Below, one piece after another: positions 35,997 through 47,857 of a stretch of 64,000 bases of DNA (the first letter of the stretch is position 1; each line of letters begins with the position of its first letter). The stretch lies in NCBI RefSeq assembly GCF_018977255.1, contig NW_024704743.1:101496001-101560000 (forward strand), given 5' to 3'. Source of the stretch: Callorhinchus milii. Taxonomy: Eukaryota. Under the pieces are notes generated by a model. That model did no database searches, had not been told where the DNA came from, and worked only from the letters and a program-made list of their open reading frames with translations. The position numbers were made by a program, and so were the translations under genes.

Positions 35997-38900
35997 TCAT
36001 AGAATCATAGAATTATACAGTACAGAAGGAGGCCATTCGGCCCATCATGTCTATGCTGGCTCTTTGAAAAGAGCTACCCAAATCAATCCCATTCTCAGGC
36101 GCTCTCTCCAAAGCCCTGCAGACTTGTCCTCCCCAAATAATTATCTACTTCTTTCTTAAAAGTTGTTATCGAATCGGCTTCCACCATACTTTCAGGCAAT
36201 TCAGATCCACACAATTTGCTGTGTGAAAAAAATCCTCTCTGTTTCTTTTAACAATTATTTTAAATCGGTGTCCTCGGGTTACTGACCCACCCGCTAGTGG
36301 AAGTAGTTTCTCCTTGTTCACCCCATCGAATCCCCTCATAATTTTGAAAATTTCTATTAAGTTTCCTCTTAACCTTCTCTGCTCCAAGGAGAATAATACC
36401 AGCAATAATCTATTCCTGGTACCATCCTTGTAAATCTCCTTTGCACCTCTCTCCAATGCCTTGGCATCCTCCCTAAACTGTGGTGCCCAGAATTGAACAC
36501 AGTACTCTAGCTGAGGCCTAACCAGTGTTTTATAAAGGTTCTTCATAATTTCCTAACTTTTGTATTCTATGCCCCTATTCATAAAGCCTAGTATCCCATA
36601 TGCTTTTTTTAAAAAAACAGCTGTATCTACCTTTCCTGCTACCTTCAAAGATTTACTTATATGAACCACCAAGTCTCTCTATTCCTTAACCCCCTTTAAG
36701 ATTCTACCATCAGCTTATATTGCTTCTCCTCATTTTTCCTCCCAAAATACATCACTTTGCATTCTCCACATTAAACTTCATCTTCCACATGTCTGCCCAA
36801 TTTACCAATCTATCTATGTCCTCTTGCACTGCTTATTACTTTTGCTAGCTTAGCATCATCTGCAACCTTGGAAATTGTACTCCCTATATCCAAGTCCAGG
36901 GCATTTATATAGATTTAAACAACTATGGTCCCAATACTGACCCCTGGGAACACCACTGCACACTTCCCTCCAGTCAGAAAAACAACCATTCACCACCACT
37001 CTCTGCTTTCTATCTTCCAGCCGGTTCTGTATCCATGCTGCCACTGTTCCGTTAATACCGTGGGCTTCTATTTTGCTTCTTATGTGGCACTTTATCAAAT
37101 GCCTTTTGAAAATCCATATAAACTACATCAACTTCACCACCTTTATCCACCCTCTTTATTACTTCATCAAAAAACTCGATCAGTTAGACATGATTTGTCT
37201 TTAACCAACCAATGTTTCCTGCCCTTCATTAATCCATATTTTTCTATGGGAAAATTTATTTTGTCCCGGATTAGAGTTGCTAGAAGATTCCCCACTACTG
37301 ACGTTAGGCTGACTGGCCAGTAGTTCTCGGGTTTATTCTTCTGCCCTTTTTGTACAGGAAGTAACATTTGCAACCCTCCAGTCCTCTGGCACCACCCCGG
37401 TGTCCAAGGAGGATTGAACGATTGTGGCCAGAGCCACCATTATTTCCACCCTTACTTCCCTCAGTAACCTAGGATGCATCCTGTCTAGTCCGAGTGACTT
37501 ATTTACCTTGAGCACCGTCAACCTTTTTAGTATCTCCTCTCGGTTTATTCTTATCTTATCCAATTTCTCTACCCTCTCCTCCGATACTGTGGCATTGGTT
37601 GCATCTCTTCTTTTGTGAAGACAGATGCAAAGTACTCATTCAGTACATCAGCCATGCCCTCTGCCTCCACAAGAAGATTTCCTCTTTGGTCCCTAATTGG
37701 ACCTACCCTACCTTTGACTAACCTTTTATTCTTTATATGCTTATATAAAGAATAAAATGCTTAAAATACCTTAGGGTTCCCTTTTATGTTACCTGCTAAT
37801 CTTTTCTCATATAATCTCTACCCCTCTTATTTCCTTTTTCAGTTCTTTTTTACTTTCTATATTCCATTTGTTTATCTTCTGTATTTTGGAAATGACATTT
37901 ATAATAAGCCTCCATTTTCTGTTTTATTTTAATCCCAATTTTCTTAGTCATTCAGGGAGGTTTGGATTCCCTACCTTTCCCCTTTGTGGGAATTTATTTG
38001 TTCTGTCCTCAAACCATCTCCTCCTTGAAGGCTTCCCATTGCTCATTGGCTGTTTTACCTGACAATCTTTCTTTCCAGTCCACCTTGACTAGGTCCCTTT
38101 TTAACTCACTGAAATTAGTCCTCTTCCAGTTGAGTATCTTCACCTTTGATTGTTCCTTGTCCCTTTCCATAAGTACTCTAAACCTGTTGATGTTGTGATC
38201 ACTGTTGTCCAGATGCTCTCCTACTGAAACCTGCTCCACTTCATTCCCCAGAATGAGATCCAGCACCGCTTCCTTCCTCATTGGACTGGAAACATACTGA
38301 TCCAGAAAGTTATCCTGCACACATTTCAGGAATCCTTCCCCCTCCTTGCCCTTTACACTGTTATTTTGTTAGTCTGTGTGAAGATAACTGAAGTCCCTCA
38401 TTACCACTACTCTATTGGTTTTGCATCTTTCTGAAATCTGCTTGCAGATTTGCTCATCTATCTCCTTCCCACATTTGGTGATCTGTAATATACACCTAAC
38501 ATAGTGCAGCTCCTATTTTGCTCCTTAACTCTAACCAAATAGGTTGTGTTTTTGGACCCTCTCGCGCATCATCCCTTTCATGAGCCGTATTCGTCTTTGA
38601 TCAATATTGCCACTTCCCTCCTTTCTTCCCTTCCCTATTCCTCCTGAATACATTGTAGCCAGAAATATTTAGCTCCCATTCCTGCCCTTGTTTGAGCCAG
38701 GTCTCCATTATTGCTAATATATCATAACCCCATGTGGCAACTTGAGACTGCAGCTCACCAAGCTTATTTGTCACACTCCGACTGAGTCTGCTCTGCATTT
38801 CTCCCCCGTCTAATCCCTCCTTTTTCTGAACTACTCCTTATTACATTGCGATTTGTCTCTCCCAGCCCTCTATGTAACTTGTTTCTCCTCCCTGATGCTA

Positions 38901-40345
38901 CATCCTGATTCCCTTTCCCCCATGAAATTAGTTTAAACATTTCCGCACAGCTCTAGTTAACCTCCCTGTGAGGACATTGGTCCCAGCCCTGTTAGTTGTA
39001 ACCCAGCCACCTTGTTCAGGTCCCACCTGCCCCACAAGTGGTCCCAATGTTCCAGGAACCTGAAGCCCTCCTTTTTGCAACATTTCTCTACCCATACATT
39101 CATGTATTTGATCCTTCTGTTTTGGAGGATCAAATACATGAATTGATCGTGTTTTGATACTCACTTGAGGCCCTACTCTTTATCTTTTTCCCTTGCTTCT
39201 GATACTCTCCCTGTAGGATCTCCGCCCTTTTTTTCCCTTATGTCATGGATCCCAACATACACCACGACTCCTGGATGTTCCCCTTCCCCCTGTAGAATGT
39301 TTTGCACCCGTTCCGTGATGTCTTCATCCCTGGCACAAGGGAGGCAAATACCATGCAAAAGTCACGTTTTTGGATGCAGAAACATCTGTCTGCTCCTTTC
39401 ACTGTTGTGTCCCCAATGACAATTGCATTGACACTCTTCCTTGTGTCCCTCTGTGCATCCATTTGCTTTTGACTTCCCTTCCCAGAGGTATCATCACCCT
39501 CACCGGTATTCAGTACAGAGAACCTGTTTGTGAGTGCCGCACTCTCAGGGGATTTCTGCATTGCCCATCCCCTCTTCCTACTATGCCAGGTGGTCACCCA
39601 CTCACTCTCCTTCTGAACCCTCTGTGGCTGTGGGGTGACCATCTCCTGAAAGATTCGATCCATGAACTCTTCAGTCTCCCGTATGCTATGTAGTGACATT
39701 AGACTCTCCTCGATCTCAGAAACAACAACAAAATTACATTTGTATAGCGCCTTTTATGTCAGGACTACGTCACAAGCCTTGAGTTCAAGCTCTAGCAGCC
39801 GGAGGCACTTCCTACACATACGTTTGTCCAGGGCACACAAAGCATCCTTGAGTTCCCACATAGCACACATTGTGCATGCAACCGGTTTCAGCTGCCCTGC
39901 CATATTCCCAGACATATTTTTTGTATCATTTTAATATAACTGTTATATATGTTATAATTATGCACCTCTTTCCCCTTCTGCACCAAATTCCCACTCTCAC
40001 CAAATTCCAGTTCCCTCCTCACGCTGCTGGACTCTCTGCTCAAGTGAGGCTCTTGCAAGTCTTCCCCTTTACATAGGGCTCAAATCAGTTTTGACTGGTC
40101 AGCAAATTTATTAATCCCCAAACTGGGTCTATGATTAACTGCTAATTGACTTGTTTGCCTGCTTACATATAACATTGCTTCTCCCTCAAGAAAGATTTCC
40201 CACTCATCTGCTGTTCTCTCTTGCTCTCTGGTATCTCCCTTGCTGAAGAATTCCCACTCTCACCAAATTCCTTAACAGAATTCTTACTCTGTTCTACCTC
40301 ACTCAGTTCCCTCCTCACGCTGCTGGGTTCTCTGCTCACTCCAAT
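35997..40345 (-). mobile_element. Near full-length decayed CR1 LINE (5'UTR, ORF1 with Cys-rich/leucine-zipper and SGNH esterase regions, ORF2 endonuclease + RT)
   Basis: ORF1 starts MAGQLKPVACTMCAMWE..CRKC at 39903 and includes VIGDTTVK and VVVYVGIHDI. ORF2 fragments: YDILAIMETWL, LDLILGNE..SDHN, PENYWPVSLTSVVG, SGVPRG, YKTLVRPQLEYCVQFWAP. (ATTCTATG)n tail at 35997-36013. Many stops and frameshifts. Confidence 0.92.
39721..39777 (-). mobile_element. ~57-bp L2 3' tail inserted in CR1 ORF1
   Basis: aacaacaacaaaattacatttgtatagcgcc.. splits the LELK|VSEIEE coding sequence. Confidence 0.8.
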
Positions 40346-40494
40346 TCAATTCACTCCAAAAATTCAAATAAATCACCTATTCATCAAATTGCTATTTGTG
40401 GGATGTTGTTATACAAATTAGCTGCTACATTATGTTCTTCAAAACACACAATGCACTTTGCAGTATATCCTGTGAAGTGCTATGGGAAGCCCTC

Positions 40495-40994
40495 CTGATG
40501 TCACCTTTAAGCTGGACTATTCAAATGCCCTCCTTGCCGGTCTCCCGTCCACTACCATTCATAAAATCCAGGTCGTCCAAAACTCTGCTGCCCGCATTCT
40601 TATTAACTTCAAGATCCTCACCCTTGTCTTCAAATCCCACCACTCCTCTGCACCCCCCTACCTCTCTGACCTCCTCTCTCCTCACAACAGTGCCCATTGC
40701 CTTCATTCCACCGGGTCTGGCCTTCTCCTTGTCCCCTGAATCCTCCGCTCCACCATCGGCAGCCGTGCCTTCAGCCACTATACCCCGAGGTTCTGGAATT
40801 CCCTTCCTCACTCCCTTTGCCTCGCCCCTCTCTTCCTATTTTCAGGTCTCAGCTGAAGACCTTTCTTTTCGACTGCGCCTTTGGTCACCTTCTTCCCCCT
40901 CCCCTTGGCTCGGCCCCATGATCCGTTACTGTGAAGCGTTCTGAGATGCTGTCTGGCGTGCAGGGCGCTATATAAATCCAAGTTGTTGTTGTTG
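40495..40994 (+). mobile_element. Old L2 3' fragment
   Basis: [31 protein letters not shown]; tail. Confidence 0.9.
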
Positions 40995-42204
40995 ATGTGC
41001 AAGGCACTATACCAAATGTAAGGCTTATTATTATTATTATCATTATTATTATTATTATTAACATTCACTTAATTCCTAATTAATTCAATTGTGTAAAGCA
41101 CCTCAAAATAGCTTTGGGACTCAGATACACATACATATTTATGCATATACATTGAGGCAACTGATGAATGCATGTATGTGGAACTCATATTTTGACACAA
41201 ATTTGAATTTCTGCAATTTTCTTCCTTTCCTCACAGAGTTAGTTCCAAGGGTGCCAATAAGCTCAGGTCTCTTATCCAAATCCCAGTCTAATAGAAGCAT
41301 AGAAACAGGAGCAGGATATTCAGCCCCTTGATCCTGTTCCTTCATTTTATAAGATAATGGCTGATCTGTACCTCAAGTCCAGTTACCCGCCCTTGCTCCT
41401 GATCCCTTAATACCCTGACCTAACAAATTCAGTGGTGGATGGGTGTCAAAGTAGAAACTGATTCAAAGCAAAACCCAATTCCCACAGTTACATTTTCTAG
41501 CAGTAACATGGTTATCAAACATCTTAATCCCAATTGACAATATTACAACTGTTGATGTGGTGACTCCAGTACCACAGACTACGTCGCATCTCCTGGCAAG
41601 TACATAATAATCACAATGGCAGTGAATGGGACAACATGGAATCTGTTGGCATAATTGTGGAGAATGAACACAAACTGTACCTGTGTATCATAAATTATTA
41701 TTAAAATTGCTTTGCTTTATTTTTTCCTTGATCTCTTTTCTATGATTTTTCTACAACATTTTGTTTTTTCCGACTCATAATAAAATATAATCCTGAAACT
41801 TGATAAATATACCACCTTATCACATCATTGAAACATCTCAAAACACTTCATAATGTGAAGGTTAATGACTGGTTACTTGAATTGAGTACGAACCTGGCTG
41901 CCAATTTGTGCACAGTAATGTTCAACAAACAGCCATGAAATGAATGAACAATTTTACGTGATGGAGGCTTACTGGCTAGGATGTCGTAAAGAAACTCTTG
42001 TTTTTCACTTGTCTTTTCTCTTCACCCGCAAAATATACAGTCAATTCACTTGACAGTATATTTTGTGAAGCGTTTTGAGACGTCTCGAAGACGTGATAAG
42101 GCCCAACAACAACAACAGAATTTCATTTGTATGCCTTTCACGTCGGGAGGACGTCCCAAGGCGCTGGTCCTATATCAAATGCAAGCATTATTACTACTTT
42201 TCTC

Positions 42205-42606
42205 TCCCCCACCACTCACACCTTAAGAGTATTTTTGTACTCCTCTCCTACATCTACAAATCTCTTCATGCCTGGCACCTCCCTACCTTCTGACTTGCTT
42301 ACAACCTACTCCACCACCCACCTCCTCTCGGCCGGCTCAGGTCTCCTGCTTGTCCCTTGTCCTCTCCGTTCCCCCATCGACAGCTATGCTTTCAGCCACT
42401 ATGCACCGAAACTATGGGACTCTCTTCCTCAATCCCTCCGCCATGGCCCCCCCCCCTCCTTCCCCATTTTCAGAATCACACCCGAAGTCCTTCCACTTCG
42501 ACCGTGCTTACCATCACTTACGCCCGGCTCGGAGCACTGTTAAGCTCTCGAGAGACACTGCCCCGGCCGCGTGAAGGGCTCTGCGTGAATGCGAGTTGTT
42601 GTTGTT
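42205..42606 (+). mobile_element. Old L2 3' fragment
   Basis: AFSHYAPKLWDSLPQSLR; (GTT)n tail. Confidence 0.8.
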
Positions 42607-42859
42607 GAATGACCAATTTCATGTGGTGGAGGTTTATTGGGTTGGACATATTAATAACAATTGTCGCATTTGATAGAGCGCTTTATTAAGTCGTTGAGAC
42701 GTCTCACAGCACTTCACGGGATATGTACTGTCAAGTGAATCGACAGTGTACTTTGTGTGAATAAAACAGCGGGAAGAAACTCTGGTGCCTCACATGTCAT
42801 TTGTGTGCACTTTCCTCTCTCCCCTCTCTCCCTCTCACAAACCACACAATGGTCCTCAT

Positions 42860-43080
42860 TCTCCAGCCAATGCATTTCAGGCTCCACAATGGCGGTGCGG
42901 TTACCCAGGATGCCGGGCGCGGCTGAAAGCGCCCTATGCCGCTCACGGACCCAGACTGTCTCTCTCTCTCTCTCTCACTGCGCAGCCGCGGCTCCGTTAC
43001 CCACAGCACCTCGCGACACAGAGCGCGCAAATAGAACTCGGAGAGAGGTGAGTGACGCCATCAGCGGAGACACAGACCGT
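42860..43080. promoter_or_regulatory. CpG-island-like, probably bidirectional promoter
   Basis: Densest non-repeat CpG cluster in the window. CCAAT 42867-42871, YY1-like AATGGCGG 42888-42895, RFX X-box-like GTTACCCAGGATGC 42900-42913, second GTTACC at 42996, TCGCGA at 43011, TGACGCCA at 43053. Confidence 0.7.
42885..43047 (+). other. Putative first exon, probably 5'UTR, of a + strand gene
   Basis: Consensus donor GAG|gtgagt at 43047/43048 inside the CpG island; the start position is a guess. Confidence 0.5.
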
Positions 43081-44505
43081 GACCTCCCCCACAGTGACCC
43101 CCCCACAGTGACCCCCCCCCACAGTGACCCCCCCCACAGTGACCCCCCCCCCCCCCCACAGTGACCCCCCCCACAGTGACCCCCCCACAGTGACCCCCCA
43201 CAGTGACCCCCCACAGTGACCCCCCACACAGTGACCCCCACACAGTGACCCCCCACACAGTGACCCCACACAGTGACCCCACACAGTGACCCCCCACAGT
43301 GACCCCCACACAGTGACCCCCCACACAGTGACCCCCCCACAGTGACCCCCCCCACAGTGACCCCCCACAGTGACCCCCCACAGTGACCCCCCACAGTGAC
43401 CCCCCCACAGTGACCCCCCCACAGTGACCCCCCCACAGTGACCCCCCACAGTGACCCCCCCACAGTGACCCCCCCCACAGTGACCCCCCACAGTGACCCC
43501 ACACAGTGACCCCCACACAGTGACCCCACACAGTGACCCCCACACAGTGACCCCCACACAGTGACCCCCACACAGTGACCCCCACACAGTGACCCCCACA
43601 CAGTGACCCCACACAGTGACCCCCCACACAGTGACCCCCACACAGTGACCCCCCCCAGTGACCCCCCCACAGTGACCCCCCCACAGTGACCCCACACACG
43701 CCATGACCACACCCCCCACACAGTGACCCCACACAGTGACCCCCCCCCACAGTGACCCCCCCACAGTGACCCCCCCCACAGTGACCCCCCCACACAGTGA
43801 CCCACACACAGTGACCCCCCACACAGTGACCCCCCCCCCCCCCCACAGTGACCCCCCCCCCCCCCACAGTGACCCCCCCACACAGTGACCACCCCACACA
43901 GTGACCCCCCACAGTGACCCCCACACAGTGACCCCCACACAGTGACCCCCCCACACAGTGACCCCCCACAGTGACCCCCACACAGTGACCCCACACAGTG
44001 ACCCCCCCCCACAGTGACCCCCCCCACAGTGACCCCACACAGTGACCCCCCCCACAGTGACCCCCCCACAGTGACCCCACACAGTGACCCCCACACAGTG
44101 ACCCCCTCCACACAGTGATCCCCACACAGTGACCTCCCACAGTGAACCCCACACAGTGACCCCCCCCACACAGTGACCCCCACACAGTGACCCCCACACA
44201 GTGAACCCCCACAGTGACCCCCCCCACAGTGACCCCCCCCACAGTGACCACCCCCACAGTGACACCCACCCGCAGTGACCCCCCCCACAGTGACCCCCAC
44301 ACAGTGACCCCACACAGTGACCCCACACAGTGACCCCACACAGTGACCCCACACAGTGACCCCACACAGTGACCACCCCCACAGTGACACCCACCCGCAG
44401 TGACCCCCCCCCCACAGTGACAGCCCCCCCACACACGCCATGACCACACACCCCTACACACACACCGTGGCCCTCCCACCCACACACAGTGACACCCCCC
44501 CACAG
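43078..44505. repeat. Tandem minisatellite, unit CACAGTGA + C4-13 (+/- CA)
   Basis: Read directly; roughly 90-100 units judged from length; G-rich on the - strand. Confidence 0.97.
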
Positions 44506-44946
44506 TCACACAGAGACAGAGAGAGAGGGAGAGACACACACACAAGCAGACAGAGACAGACACACACACAGACACAGAAAAACACACACACACAGACATA
44601 CACGGACAGACAGACACACACAGACACACACACAGGCAGACACACACAGACATACACGGACAGACAGAGAGAGAGACACGCACACAAAAACAGACACACA
44701 CAAACAGAGACACACACAGACAGACACACACACACACAGACAGACAGAGAGAGACACAGACAGAGAGAGATAGACACACACAAACACACAGACAGAGACA
44801 TATAGACAGAGAGAGACAGACAGAGACACACAGATACACAGGGAGAGAGAGACACACACACACACAGAGACACAGACAGACACACACACAGACAGACACA
44901 AACACACAGACACGCACGGACACAGACGCACACACCGACACGCACA
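44506..44946. repeat. Compound (CA)/(GA)/(CAGA) microsatellite
   Basis: Read directly; continues at ~47860-47920 beyond the inserted L2. Confidence 0.95.
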
Positions 44947-47857
44947 CAACAACAACAACAAGATTCCATTTATTGAGCGCCTTTCACGTCGGGAGGACGT
45001 CCCAAGGCGCTGTACAGTTGGGTCAGGACCCGAGCAGAGGGGAAATGGTCAGGGGGAGGGGAGGGAAGGGAGGGAGCGAGGAGGGGGTAGAGAGTCGAGA
45101 GGGGAGCTGAAGGTACGGTCAAAGAGAAAGGTCTTGAGACCGGCCTTGAAGGAGGAAAGGGAGGAAGCAAGGCGAAGGCACTGGGGGATAGAGTTCCAGA
45201 GCCTCGGGGCTGAGAGGCTGAAGGCCCGGCCACCGATGGTAGGGCGGTTGGGGCGGGGGATGTGGAGCAGACCGGAGCCAGAGGAACGGAGGGTACGGGC
45301 AGGTAGGTAGGGGATAGTAGGTCAGAGAGGTAGGAGGGAGCAAGGCCGTGAATGGCCTTGTAGGTGAGGATGAGGATCTTGAATTCGATCCTCTGGGGGA
45401 TGGGGAGCCAGTGGAGGTGAGCGAGGGTGGGAGTGATGTGGTCCCGAAGCCTGGTGCGGGACAGTACACGAGCTGCAGAGTTCTGAATGACCTGCAGCTT
45501 GTGGAGGGAGGTGGCGGGAAGGCCGGCGAGGAGAGAGTTCCCATAGTCCAGCCTTGAGGTGATAAAGGCGTGAACCAGGGTTTCAGCAGCGTGAGGGGTG
45601 AGGTAGTGCCGCAGTCTGGCGATGTTCCGGAGGTGATGGAAGGCGGTGCCAGTTGTCGAACAGAACGCCGAGGTTCCTGACTGGCTTTGAGAGGTGGAGA
45701 GTGCAGCCTTGGATGCTGATGCTGTCAGCGCCTGAGGTGTGGAGGCGCTGACGTGAGCCAATGAGGAGGGCCTCAGTCTTGCGCACGTTGAGCTGAAGAA
45801 AGTTGTCTCTCGTCCAGGACTCGATGTCGGACAGGCAGGCTGTCAGGACATCGGTGGTCGTGGAGTTGAGGGTAGAGGAGGAAAGGTAGAGTTGGGTGTC
45901 ATCCGCATACATGTGGAAGTTAACCCCATGTCTGCGGATTATGTCACCAAGGGGGAGCATATAGAGGGTGAAGAGGAGGGGACCGAGGACAGAGCCCTGA
46001 GGGTCACCGCACGAGACAGTGCGGGGGCTGGAGGAAAAGCCATTCGTGGAAGCAAAGTGAAGATGGTGGGAGAGGTACGACCTAAACCACTCAAGGACAG
46101 GGCCTTGAAGGTTGAGGTGGGAGGACAAGCGGTGGAGGAGGATAGCGTGGTCGACTGTATCGAATGCCTCTGATAGGTCGAGGAGGACGAGGAGGCAGAG
46201 GGAGCCCTGGTCACAGATGGTCAGGATGTCATTGGTGACCTTGACCAGGGCGGTTTCTGTGCTATGGGCAGCACGGAAACCCGATTGAAGGGGTTCGAAT
46301 AATGAATGGGTGGAGAGGAAAGAGCGCAGCTGGGAGGCGACAACTCGTTCCAGGACCTTGGACAGGAAGGGGAGGTTGGAGATGGGCCGGTAGCTTGATA
46401 GCTGAGACGCATCAAGGGAGGGTGTTTTTTTCAAGGTGGGAGTCCTGTAGCTCAGTGGTTAGAGCACTCGCTTTGCAAGCGAGACACCTGGGTTCAATTC
46501 CAGGCAGGGCTAAACCTTGGGCAAGTTTCCTTACTCCACACACCTAATAATAATCCCTCCAAAATAAAACAATAATAAATTGGTCATTTTCAATCCACGA
46601 CTGTTTGTGGGACATTGCTGTGCGCAATTGGCTGCCGCATTCGCCCACAAATATACAGTCACTTCACTTTACAGTGTGTTCTGTGAAGCGCTTTGGGACG
46701 TCCTCCCGACGTGAAAAGCGCTATATCAAATGCAAGGATTATTATTATTATTATTATGGTGGCAGTTTTTAAGGGAATGGGAACAGAGCCAGAGGTGAGG
46801 GACAGGTTGATGATGTTTGTGATATGTGGGGCAAGGAGGTGGAGCTGGGAGATAAGGAGTGGAGTGGGGATGGGGTCAAGGGAGCAGGTGGTGGGTTTCA
46901 GTGATAGGATGAGTTTGGTGACAGAAGGTGGGGAAACGGGTACGAAAGTGTGTAGGGGAGGATGGGTAGGAGTCGGAGTGTGGGAGGGAGGGGGTGGGGG
47001 GTGAGTGGATGTTGGAGGGGAAGTGACCGCGGAGCGGATTCCCTTGATTTTGGATTCAAGGAAATCCAGCATCTCCTCACAGTGAAGGTTGGAGGAGATG
47101 ACCAGCGCGGGGTGGCGGGGGGCACGGAGGAGTCGGGATGTGGTAGAAAACAGTAGCCTGGGGTTGTTCTTCGCCTCCAGGATTATCCTGGAGTAGAAGG
47201 ACGACTTGGCCGAGGCTGGAGTGGAGCGGTAGATTTTGAGGAGGTCCAGCCAGATTTGTCGCTGGACCGTGAGGCCAGATTTGACGCAGGTACATTCAGC
47301 GGCCCGCACCTGGCTCTTCAGTGAGCGGAGGTGGGTGGTGAACCAGGGGAAGGAGCGAGAGTAGGAGACAGTACGGGAGGTGATGGGGGCAAGAGTGTCG
47401 AGTGTGGAGGAGAGGGTGTTGTGGAGGAAGGTGAGAGGAGAAGTGGGGTCAGTGAGGGATGAAGGCCAGAGGGAGAGGAGTTCAGAGGACTCCAAGGCAG
47501 CGGTTAGGGATTGTGGGGGTAACTTCTTCCAGGGGCGGTAGACGTGGTGGTGGGTCTGGTGGAGGTGGGGAGGGGGTTGGAGGTGGTGAAGGAGATGAAG
47601 TGGTGGTCAGAGATGGCCTTGTCGGTGATAGTGGCATCCGAGACACTGAGGCCCCGGGTGATCACCAAGTCGAGTGGGTGGCCGTGACTGTGAGTGGGGG
47701 AGTTGATGTGGAGGGAGAGGTTGAGCGAGGAGAGCAGGGAAGAGAAATCTGAGGAGATTGAGCAGGAGGGGGTGAAGTGCCGGTTAAAGTTGCCCAGGAT
47801 GATGAGGCGATCAGAGCAGAGGCAGAGAGATGTAAAAAGTGTCGAAATATCGACCGT
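44947..47857 (-). mobile_element. Young L2 LINE (partial endonuclease + RT), 5'-truncated, interrupted by a SINE
   Basis: LIILGNFN, PTHSHGHPLDLVITRGL and SDHH (endonuclease); RT motifs with MYADD in ORF 45583-46434; ~36-bp deletion at ~45655; near-identical to 2052-4378. Confidence 0.96.
46439..46755 (+). mobile_element. Full-length short-subfamily tRNA(Ala) Deu SINE nested in L2
   Basis: Same structure as the copy at 26214; removing it rejoins the L2 sequence seen at 3570-3600. Confidence 0.96.

Noticed and set aside
41235..41287. Exon WDLDKRPELIGTLGTNS on the - strand
   Set aside because: The acceptor is supplied by the adjacent CR1 tail remnant; no independent support.
42889..43047. Coding first exon MAVRLPRMPGAAES..
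   Set aside because: Reads through a (TC)n repeat, is unrecognisable, and ATGGCGG is equally explained as a YY1-like motif.
43078..44505. CRISPR array or bona fide RSS/Ig locus
   Set aside because: Spacers are homopolymeric C rather than unique, and there are no cas genes or V/D/J segments. The only nonamer-like ACAAAAACA (~44684) is ~190 bp from the nearest heptamer.
42975..44969. Long Gly/Val/Cys-rich ORFs (490-628 aa)
   Set aside because: All three - strand frames are open simply because the mini/microsatellite lacks stop codons.
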